Shown in pieces: positions 24,801 through 33,926 of a DNA stretch of 41,867 bases. Location: contig JAUCBJ010006292.1 in assembly GCA_032718475.1 (NCBI GenBank), positions 1 through 41,867 on the forward strand. Reading direction: 5' to 3'. The translations under genes were made by a program, and so were the position numbers. Origin of the DNA: Nemertoderma westbladi. Lineage: Eukaryota; Animalia; Xenacoelomorpha. The notes beneath the pieces are model-generated. The model was not told the origin of the DNA. It ran no database searches and saw only the letters and a list, made by a program, of their open reading frames with translations. Positions within the stretch are counted from its first letter, which is position 1. Each line of letters opens with the position of its first letter.

Positions 24801-26548
24801 CTAATTTTCATGTTTTGTATTCCAGCAGTTCCCCCAACAAGGGGAGTTTAAGCTTTAATCCATTTAGATCCCAGAACTTTCATTTCTTGCATCTAACGTC
24901 GAGTTTTCTTTCTCCTGTGCCTATTTAAGGAACATGTTTGACATACAACTAACACTCGAACACTGACTGCACCAGTGTTACACACATATAAGTTCGAAGG
25001 AGTCAACCGATTACCATGTAACCAGAAACCCAAGTTTACATCTATGTCTCGCTTAATTTATAGATTGGGAGATCTTTTTGGACACCAGGGCGATGACCGA
25101 AAACGCCGAGGTCTTGGCGACAATCTCTTTGATGGTCACAAGGGCAACAGTCACGAATTCCGAGACAAGCACGATTTCAAGAAGATGTTCACCTCGATTG
25201 CACGCGATCCCTACCGCGGACAACAGATTAGAGATTCTGACGAACTCCTGAATGTGAGTTTTTGTTATTGCGCTGTTCGGTAGACCTATCATATGATTTT
25301 ATCAAAGTTTTATTGTACTGTACTTCATTCGCAAATCATGTTGGAATTTTACAAACGTAAAGTATTCGTTTTTATTCAAAACTTGAAACATTACCCTTAC
25401 GTTTTTTATACTATGAAAACATATCGGCGGGGTTAGCTCAGTTGGTTGACCACCGGTCCTACAATCAATAAGTGGTTGTAGGTGTAGGTTCAGCCCCGCC
25501 CTGGTCCACTCAGCCTTTTAATAACTGTGACCAGTTTAATTACTGGGAGCAAAACATGGGATGAGAGTAGCGCCTTACTGCAATAAATTACATTAATCGA
25601 GTATAAATGAATCTTGTAGGCTTATTTAATTAATTATAGTTTATGAGTGGTGTTAATAATTAATTAATTAATCATTAATTAATTATGAAATCCACATTTA
25701 CTACAAACATACAGGACTTCCACGAGCAGTATTGTAAATACGGTATCAATTCCTCATTCCAAAGAAAAATGTGATAACGTAATTAGGTCTACTTAACTAA
25801 ACTTGGAGCATTTTGTACGTTCCAATATGGCTACCGGTACTTCTCATACTTTACTTGGCCTAACCTTCCACAGAAACTCCGCTGCTCCGTTTACGCGGCC
25901 CTCGCTTGTTTGGCCGTCTACTTCATTCTCAGCATCGTGGTTATCGTGATCCTTTCCGTGGCGGTCTGCTGCATGAAGCCTGGATCTACTTCAATGGTCT
26001 CCTCTGCCTACGCCACACCACTCCCGCCACCCCCGAGCTACACTGCGCCGCCGATAACTCCCGAAGGTATTCTAGATTTTAAAGTAATATTTAACTATAA
26101 AATGTAACTAATAATATGTTGCATGTTAAAATCATGTAAACAATATATTATATTGAAACACTATGCTTATTATTAACATTTACTATGGCTTGAGATTTGG
26201 ATTACTGTAGAATTTAATTATTTACAATAATGGTAACTAAATTAATCTTTCTTTAATTGATTTATACATTTAGTTACCAATCCACGTGACAATGGAGCCA
26301 AGAGCAACCTGCCATTTATTGTCATACCTGCTGCACCGGGTGTAGATCGCAAAGGTTAGTTTGCTTTGAATCGGGATTGTAAATACCTACAAATATATAT
26401 ATTTGGGATTGGAAATTATATCCAAGGTACATTAATTATATCCAAATCAGGATAGAAGTGATATAAAACAGGACATTTTTCAGTTTATTCTAATATGCCG
26501 CACTTTTATTTTGTTTTTTTTATCTACACAGGTCAATACATCGTTTGA
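607..26548 (+). CDS. Spliced gene for an MS4A/CD20-like four-transmembrane protein, 395 aa; join(607..810,1179..1235,1971..2071,23935..23975,24312..24615,25064..25253,25874..26066,26274..26354,26532..26548)
   Basis: All 8 introns are GT-AG with phases 0,0,2,1,2,0,1,1 that chain into one open 1188-nt frame. Four hydrophobic segments. KTLLILSIAQLGLAVFVIAIA and AGIL|FVITAVVGIIASQRKTRGI|IIAV resemble CD20 KTLGAVQIMNGLFHIALG and GGIM|YIISGSLLAATEKNSRKCL|VKG, including a 57-nt phase-0/0 exon (CD20 comparison recalled, not searched). CC follows TM4. Confidence 0.85.
1179..1235 (+). CDS. MS4A-like exon 2 (57 nt, FVITAVVGIIASQRKTRGI)
   Basis: Acceptor tatttcag|, donor ATT|GTAAGT, phase 0/0. Confidence 0.88.
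1575..1804. mobile_element. 230-bp MITE-like element in intron 2 with inverted subterminal 17-bp repeats
   Basis: About 5 x GAGTATTCTTAGCCCGC on the left and about 3 inverted copies at 1748-1797; GG...CC termini; flanks AGGTCAGG / AGCTCAGG (8-bp TSD with 1 mismatch); internal palindrome AAAACAATAAACTTTATTGTTTT. Confidence 0.65.
1971..2071 (+). CDS. MS4A-like exon 3 (TM3; IIAVLVLTILSTIVLCVVGGLTFRHIKTINRAE-R); its 3' end is the first unit of the satellite
   Basis: Acceptor ataattctag|, donor AAG|GTAAGA at 2072; phase 0 in and phase 2 out, matching exon 4. Confidence 0.85.
2044..23377. repeat. 21.3-kb tandem array, about 650 units (estimated from length); 33-bp ATATTAAAACCATCAACCGTGCTGAAAGGTAAG and 31-bp ...GCTGAGGTAAG, with rarer 34/36/37-bp variants
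   Basis: Directly visible; highly homogeneous; no unique spacers. Confidence 0.99.
23660..23780 (+). mobile_element. Possible 5'-truncated tRNA-derived SINE fragment
   Basis: Pol III B-box GGTTCGAGCCC at 23674-23684; no A-box seen; boundaries uncertain. Confidence 0.35.
23935..23975 (+). CDS. MS4A-like exon 4 (41 nt, YRYDYMDDIIYPD)
   Basis: Acceptor ctttttatttttag|, donor ATG|GTTAGT; phase 2 in and phase 1 out, exactly bridging exons 3 and 5. Confidence 0.78.
23988..24220 (+). mobile_element. DINE-1/HINE-like (non-autonomous Helentron-type) element in intron 4
   Basis: Subterminal inverted repeats CTGCGAGCCAT (24009-24019) and ATGGCTTGCAG (24185-24195); GTCT/GT microsatellite-like tract; 3' stem-loop TTTTGC...GCAAAA (24197-24216). 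Confidence 0.5.
24312..24615 (+). CDS. MS4A-like exon 5 (acidic loop with 9-aa repeats)
   Basis: Acceptor ttattttgcag|, donor AGG|GTGAGT; lies in ORF 24260..24619. Confidence 0.85.
25064..25253 (+). CDS. MS4A-like exon 6 (contains RKRR)
   Basis: Acceptor aatttatag|, donor AAT|GTGAGT; lies in ORF 24975..25283; phase 2/0. Confidence 0.83.
25426..25640 (+). mobile_element. tRNA-derived SINE in intron 6
   Basis: A-box TAGCTCAGTTGG, degenerate B-box GGTTCAGCCCC, then a CCACTCAGCCTT core and an AT-rich tail; I could not fold it into an intact cloverleaf. Confidence 0.6.
25874..26066 (+). CDS. MS4A-like exon 7 (TM4, CC, PPPPSY)
   Basis: Acceptor ccttccacag|, donor AAG|GTATTC; KLRCSVYAALACLAVYFILSIVVIVILSVAVCCMKP... 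Confidence 0.88.
26274..26354 (+). CDS. MS4A-like exon 8 (VTNPRDNGAKSNLPFIVIPAAPGVDRK)
   Basis: Acceptor tacatttag|, donor AAG|GTTAGT; phase 1/1, open frame. Confidence 0.75.
26532..26548 (+). CDS. MS4A-like terminal coding exon (GQYIV-stop)
   Basis: Long T tract plus tctacacag| acceptor; TGA at 26546-26548. Confidence 0.72.
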
Positions 26549-27569
26549 TTGGATCTCAACGTTACGTTGCTAAGGAGATAAAACTCACTCGTGTGCTTCT
26601 ATTAGATGTGCTATGCCTGATCACCTTTGTAGATAGTTGACCGCCACCATATTTACTCTACACAAACTGGCATTCAAAGCTGTTCTAGAAATTCCTTCTA
26701 GCTTACTTATTGTTAGCTCTGTTTATTTTTCATCTTTCTACTTTACTTGAACATTGTTTATATAATGTACTTAATGTACTGTAGCTTACGCTACACAACC
26801 TTATTTTATACTCCCTTAGGATAGTAATATGTTCAGACTATAAACTCTAGATGCACCGAGTATTTATTTTTATTACGAAGGACTTACTTATTCAACTGAA
26901 TCTTTAATGGATATGGTTTAAAACGCTGTGACTCGCCACACAGAAAATGTTTAAATTTCATATTTTCTTCTGATAAAGCCAGTTGTGAAATATCACGAAT
27001 GTGTAAGATGGTAATATATACATATATTTATATCATTCATATATACGTTTATTCATTTATTTTGATTTCGGCTTAACGACATATATACCAAATATAGAAA
27101 TTAAATAAATAAACAATATAAATATATTTTGTATATATTGGCCATTTGAATAAATTAATATTAATAACCTATAATTGTAAAAAATTACATGCGATAAATT
27201 GTAAATATAATAATATGTATTATTATACTGTATAATATAATATTTCGATCGATTATAATAATTAATCCTACATTTAATGTGTAAGATATTTTTACTTTCC
27301 AATGGGTGAGGGGGGTGGAGGTCATGTTGTTAAAAAATTCATGCAAACAAAAATAAAATTGGAAAATAGCTTTTATCTTAACCAACATTTTCTTATAGCC
27401 ATGGGAGTTATTGGCTCGCCCCTAGATCCATATAATAAAATTAAGCAGTGGCGTAAAATCAAAAAGCTGATACAGAACTTACTTTGCGTAAATTATTTTG
27501 CCCAAAGAAAATAACTATATGATACGGAGCCCCTAAAGGGATATTTGGGAAAATATATTTTTTTCCTAA

Positions 27570-28048
27570 GTTGTGCGCACAGCTTAGTATATTGTGCGCA
27601 CAACTTAGTATCTTGTGCGCACAACTTAGTATCTTGTGCGCACAACTTAGTATCTTGTGCGCACAACTTAGTATCTTGTGCGCACAACTTAGTATCTTGT
27701 GCGCACAACTTAGTATCTTGTGCGCACAACTTAGTATCTTGTGCGCACAACTTAGTATCTTGTGCGCACAACTTAGTATCTTGTGCGCACAACTTAGTAT
27801 CTTGTGCGCACAACTTAGTATCTTGTGCGCACAACTTAGTATCTTGTGCGCACAACTTAGTATCTTGTGCGCACAACTTAGTATCTTGTGCGCACAACTT
27901 AGTATCGTGTGCGCACAACTTAGTATCGTGTGCGCACAACTTAGTATCTTGTGCGCACCACTTAGTATCTTGTGCGCACAACTTAGTATCTTGTGCGCAC
28001 AACTTAGTATCGTGTGCGCACCACTTAGTAGCTTGTGCGCACAACTTA
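27570..28048. repeat. 21-bp minisatellite CTTAGTATCTTGTGCGCACAA (about 23 copies; resumes at 28740-28800)
   Basis: Directly visible; each unit carries the 12-bp palindrome TTGTGCGCACAA. Confidence 0.98.
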
Positions 28049-28739
28049 CAGTACAGGCCACCAGAAAAAGCAGATTTCTTCCAATGTGATCACATTTGAA
28101 CACGTTTGTTCAAGTCATCTGATTGGATATATCTTCTAGATCACACAGCAGGAGGCTAACTAACTTGCTGGGACCGACAAAGGCTTTGTGTGCGGTGCGC
28201 CTGTATGTCTGATATCAGGTAGATGAGAGGGCCCCCAGGGCGTAACATTGCGGACATGGGCTGTATTGGTAGAGAGAACTACATACAAGACCACATGGAG
28301 GTTCATGGAGTGTATGGGAGTGGATGGGTATATGGATGGAGGAGCCTAGACCATTGAATAATTAATTTAGTGCAGGGAGATGTCGCGCCATTAGTCTGAC
28401 ACCGAAAGGGCACAGAGAAACACCAGAAGATGCCTTAACATCACTAACTATTCAGTAGGCCTGCCTACTAGATACTATTAAGCGCACACTATAAAGGTAA
28501 ACAAAATCCTTATCGCATTTCCAGCTGCAGTGAGTGACAGTTCGGCAAACTACAGAGAGTTTCCAGATTACTAAGCGTTTCAAAAGTATTCAATTGTATC
28601 CTTTGGCGAAAAAATTTTGGTTGTTGCCAGTTCAATTATGTTCAATTGTCCCGTTCAACAACATTACATTACACTGGTACACATTCGATAAAATGTGTTC
28701 ACAATTGTACAAATCTGCGTTTTCTGGTGGCCTGTACTG
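28049..28739. mobile_element. 691-bp Tc1/mariner-type MITE inserted into the 21-bp minisatellite
   Basis: TIR CAGTACAGGCCACCAGAAAA(A/C)GCAGATTT extending imperfectly to about 49 bp; TA duplication at 28047-28048 and 28740-28741; removing it restores CACAACTTAGTATCTTG. Confidence 0.92.
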
Positions 28740-29237
28740 TAGTATCTTGGGCGCACAACTTAGTATCTTGTGCGCACAACTTAGTATCTTGTGCCCACAA
28801 CGTATATTTTGCATGTCCCTTTAGGGGCTCCGTAATATGAGGCCTAACTAACAAAATGAATTATATTGAGCAATAAAATAATTAATTTCAGGGAGAAAGA
28901 GTATAGCGAGTTTGAATACTAAATTGTTCAGCATGCCATAAAGAGAGACTGATTTTGCTGGTTATTTGCCCGACATGGTTGACTAATTGCTGAGGTTCTG
29001 TGCCCTTGTAGTTTTAGGAGGGTAGGTGACTATTATATTACATAGGCTTAAGGTACACCCGCTCTCTACGTTGTAAGTAATGTTATAATGGGGTTCTTAG
29101 GCTATACGGTACCTCGTTAAGGGTAATCAGCTGAGCAACACAATGCAATTCGATAGCGAGGTGTGCCTTGTTGCCTTTACCACTAGTCTTCAATAAATAT
29201 ATGCCATCACATCTATCCAATGCTGAAATGATTGCGT

Positions 29238-32200
29238 CGAGCCACAAAAGTAAGAGACACTAAGCCTACCAAATGGGACGAGCCACAAAGTAAGAGACAC
29301 TAGCGTACCAAATGGGACGAGCCACAAAGTAAGAGACACTAAGCGTACCAAATGGGACGAGCCACAAAGTAAGAGACACTAGCTTTCCAAATGGGACGAG
29401 CCACAAAGTAAGAGACACTCTAGCGTACCACAAAGTAAGAGACACTAGCGTACCAAATGGGACGAGCCACAAAGTAAGAGACACTAGCGTACCACGAAGT
29501 AAGAGACACTAGCGTACCAAATGGGACGAGCCACAAAGTAAGAGACACTAAGCCTACCAAATGGGACGAGCCACAAAGTAAGAGACACTAGCGTACCAAA
29601 TGGGACGAGCCACAAAGTAAGAGACACTAAGCGTACCAAATGGGACGAGCCACAAAGTAAGAGACACTAGCGTACCAAATGGGACGAGCCACAAAATAAG
29701 AGACAATAGCGTACCAAATGGGACGAGCCACAAAGTAAGAGACACTAGCGTACCACAAAGTAAGAGACACTAGCGTACCACAAAGTTAGAGACACTAGCG
29801 TACCAAATGGGACGAGCCACAAAGTAAGAGACCCTAGCGTACCAAATGGGACGAGCCACAAAGCAAGAGACACTAGCGTACCACAAAGTAAGATACACTA
29901 GCGTACCCCAAAGTAAGAGACACTAGCGTACCACAAAGTAAGAGACACTAGCGTACCACAAAGTAAGAGACACTAGCGTACCGCAAAGTAAGATACACTA
30001 GCGTGCCACAAAGTAAGACACACTAGCGTACCACAAAGTAAGACACACTAGCGTACCACAAAGTAAGAGACACTAGCGTACCGAATGGGACGAGCCACAA
30101 AATAAGAGACAATAGCGTACCAAATGGGACGAGCCACAAAGTAAGAGACACTAGCGTACCACAAAGTAAGAGACACTAGCGTACCACAAAGTTAGAGACA
30201 CTAGCGTACCAAATGGGACGAGCCACAAAGTAAGATACCCTAGCGTACCAAATGGGACGAGCCACAAAGCAAGAGACACTAGAGTACCACAAAGTAAGAT
30301 ACACTAGCGTACCCCAAAGTAAGAGACACTAGCGTACCACAAAGTAAGAGACACTAGCGTACCACAAAGTAAGAGACACTAGCGTACCATAAAGTAAGGG
30401 ACACTAGCGTACCAAATGGGACGAGCCACAAAGAAAGAGACACTAGCGTACCAAATGGGACGAGCCACAAAGTAAGAGACCCTAGCGTACCAAATTGGAC
30501 GAGCCACAAAGTAAGAGACACACTAGCGTACCAAATGGGACGAGCCACAAAGTAAGAGACACTAGCGTACCAAATGGGACGAGCCACAAAATAAGAGACA
30601 ATAGCGTACCAAATGGGACGAGCCACAAAGTAAGATACACTAGCGTACCACAAAGTAAGAGACACTAGCGTGCCACAAAGTTAGAGACACTAGCGTACCA
30701 AATGGGACGAGCCACAAAGTAAGAGACCTAGCGTACCAAATGGGACGAGCCACAAAGCAAGAGACACTAGCGTACAACAAAGTAAGATACACTAGCGTAC
30801 CCCAAATTAAGAGACACTAGCGTACCACAAAGTAAGAGACACTAGCGTACCACAAAGTAAGAGACACTAGCGTACCGCAAAGTAAGATACACTAGCGTGC
30901 AACAAAGTAAGACACACTAGCGTACCACAAAGTAAGACACACTAGCGTACCACAAAGTAAGAGACACTAGCGTACCGAATGGGACGAGCCACAAGGTAAG
31001 AGACACTAGCGTACCACAAAGTAAGAGACACTAGCGTACCACAAAGTAAGAGACACTAGCGTACCAAATGGGACGAGCCACAAAGTAAGAGACACTAGCG
31101 TACCAAATGGGACGAGCCACTAAGTAAGAGACCCTAGCGTACCAAATGGGACGAGCCACAAAGTAAGAGACACTAGCGTACCAAATGGGACGAACCACAA
31201 AGTAAGAGACACTAGCGTACCAAATGGGACAAGCCACAAAGTAAGAGACACTAGCGTACCACAAAATAAGAGACACTAGCGTACCACAAAGTAAGAGACA
31301 CTAGTGTACCAAATGGGACGAGCCACAAAAAGAGACACTAGCGTACCACAAAGTAAGAGACACTAGTGTACCAAATGGGACGAGCCACAAAGTAAGAGAC
31401 CCTAGCGTACCAAATGGGACGAGCCACAAAGTAAGAGACACTAGCGTACCAAATCGGACGAGCCACAAAGTAAGAGACACTAGCGTACCACATAGTAAGA
31501 CACACTAGCGTACCAAATGGGACGAGCAACAAAGTAAGAGACTCTAGCGTACCACAAAGTAAGAGACACTAGCGTACCAAATGGGACGAGCCACAAAGTA
31601 AGAGACCCTAGCGTACCAAATGGGACGAGACACAAAGTAAGAGAAACTAGCGTACCAAATGGGACGAGCCGCAAAGTAAGAGACACTAGCGTACCACAAA
31701 GTAAGAGACACTAGCGTACCACAAAGTAAGAGACACTAGCGTACCACAAAGTAAGAGACACTAGCGTACCAAATCGGACGAGCCACAAAGTAAGAGACCC
31801 TAGCGTACCAAATGGGACGAGCCACAAAGTAAGAGACCCTAGCGTACCAAATGGGACGAGCCACAAAGTAAGAGACACTAGCGTACCAAATGGGACGAGC
31901 CACAAAGTAAGAGACACTAGCGTACCAAATGGGACGAGCCACAAAGTAAGAGACCCTAGCGTACCAAATGGGACGAGCCACAAAGTAAGAGACTCTAGCG
32001 TACCAAATGGGACGAGCCACAAAGTAAGAGACTCTAAAAGACGAGCCACAAAGTAAGAGACACTAAAAGACGAGCCACAAAGTAGGAGACTCTAGCGTAC
32101 CAAATGGGACGAGCCACAAAGTAAGAGACACTGGCGTACCAAATGGGACGAGCCACAAAGTAAGAGACACTAGCGTACCAAATGGGACGAGCCTCAAAGT

Positions 32201-32847
32201 AAGAGACTCTAGCGTACCAAATGGGACGAGCCACAAAGTAAGAGACTCTAAAAGACGAGCCACAAAGTAAGAGACACTAGCGTACCACAAAGTAAGAGAC
32301 TCTAGCGTACCAAATGGGACGAGCCACAAAGTAAGAGACTCTAAAAGACGAGCCACAAAGTAAGAGACACTAGCGTACCACAAAGTAAGAGACACTAGCG
32401 TACCACAAAGTAAGAAACACTAGCGTACCACAAGGTTAGAGACACTAGTGTACCAAATGGGACGAGCCACAAAGTAAGAGACTCTAAAAGACGAGCCACA
32501 AAGTAAGAGACACTAGCGTACCACAAAGTAAGAGACTCTAGCGTACCAAATGGGACGAGCCACAAAGTAAGAGACACTAGCGTACCAAATGGGACGAGCC
32601 ACAAAGTAAGACACTCTAGCGTACCCAATGGGACGAGCCACAAAGTAAGAGACTCTAAAAGACGAGCCACAAAGTAAGAGACACTAGCGTACCACAAAGT
32701 AGGAGACTCTAGCGTACCAAATGGGACGAGCCACAAAGTAAAAGACCCTAGCGTACCAAATGGGACGAGCCACAAAGTAAGACACTCTAGCGTACCAAAT
32801 GGGACAAGCCACAAAGTAAGAGACTCTAGCGTAGCGTACCAAATTGG
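29238..32847. repeat. 3.6-kb intergenic tandem array: 39-bp GAGCCACAAAGTAAGAGACACTAGCGTACCAAATGGGAC interspersed with 25-bp and 29-bp deletion variants
   Basis: Directly visible. Confidence 0.98.
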
Positions 32848-33627
32848 TATTGCTGCCTGCCTGTCCGTTTGAGCGTCTGGAATATATATTTAAGATTAAA
32901 AAGTTTATTTTCTAGTTTATTTATTCTAGTCTATTAATATTTTATGTACCAGATGCTATTAGAGTAAAAGAGCATGATACATTAGTATAATAAACTATTT
33001 ACACTTTTATTTTAGTTCACTACCCCATCGTCTTACGTCCATCTTTGTCACCACTTTTTGTTCATTACAGTAGCAGTAGTAGGGAAGGCCTAACTGCAAT
33101 CTGTTAGAGGTGACTTTCGACGCAATCAAAATTCATTCCTCTCCAAGGGAAAATGGTCGCAAATATTTCCTCGCAAAAATAAAACTGTAATCTTGTTTTA
33201 TTCACTTTCGTTTATTGTTTTGGTTAGAATGAGGTGTCACTGTAACCTGTTCCTTTCCCTAAATCGTATTTTTAACATTGAAACGAGATATTTGCATCAA
33301 TCCCCCCCACCCTCGCCTCACTGCGGTAGTGGGATGCTGGGATGTTATGTTACAGGGGAACGAAAATCGTAGTTATTGTCTTTGGTGCAAATTTACTGTA
33401 TATTAATTTTCCATCATAATTATTATATTCTTCAGGATAATATATTTTACAATCTTAGTGAATTAATACAAGTTGTTGTCGCAGTTCCACACATTCTATG
33501 CAGATGAGTGTCATTTTACTAAGTGACGCCCTGTAGTAACTAGTGTGCAGGAGTTACAAATATTTAATGCATAAGAAGGCCTTATTATACAGTATATAGC
33601 GAATATACAAATTTAGTAAAATTCCAC

Positions 33628-33797
33628 AAGATGGCGAACAATAATCATCTCATCAATTTGGCACATCATTGGTTGTGAGGTGTGGATGAGGACAATCTCA
33701 TTGGTTATTAGCTTGTTTGTGAGCTGGCATCTCGAATTATCTAGATTCTTCCATTCCTTCTTATATATAAACGTTGCTGACAATGATTGACTCATTC
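33628..33797 (+). promoter_or_regulatory. HSP90 proximal promoter: YY1-like site, two inverted CCAAT boxes, imperfect heat-shock element, TATA box, Inr
   Basis: AAGATGGCG at 33628; ATTGG at 33668 and 33700 (32 bp apart); cGAAt-tATCt-aGATt-cTTCc at 33733-33752; TATATAAA at 33764-33771; TCATTC Inr with its A at 33794 (TATA at -30). Confidence 0.7.
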
Positions 33798-33926
33798 ATC
33801 AGATAGCACTTATTTAGTTCTTTCTGTTGGGTTAAATATTGCAGTATTGTAGGCCTATTGGGTTTGTAGCTTCAGTAATTTGAGAGAATTCAACTTTAAA
33901 GTTCAACAATTATTAACGAAACAACA

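Larger units (their letters stand above)
27523..28834. mobile_element. Non-autonomous DNA transposon with IS3EU-like hallmarks
   Basis: Perfect 19-bp TIR TACGGAGCCCCTAAAGGGA; exact 6-bp TSD ATATGA (27517-27522, 28835-28840); TAY..RTA termini with 6-bp TSDs are described for IS3EU. Confidence 0.88.

Noticed and set aside
25426-25505. Functional tRNA gene
   Set aside because: Degenerate B-box, duplicated TGTAGG and no consistent cloverleaf; better explained as a SINE head
27057-27514. Short AT-rich ORFs downstream of the MS4A-like gene
   Set aside because: Low-complexity 3' UTR or intergenic sequence with no splice or homology support
27459-28103. 183-214 aa ORFs with CAHKILS/CAQDTKL heptads
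   Set aside because: Translation of the 21-bp palindromic minisatellite inside a non-autonomous transposon; open in several frames on both strands
29238-32847. Second splice-donor amplification (AAA|GTAAGA in each unit)
   Set aside because: The motif is present, but I found no convincing upstream exon or downstream partner exon, so it may be coincidental
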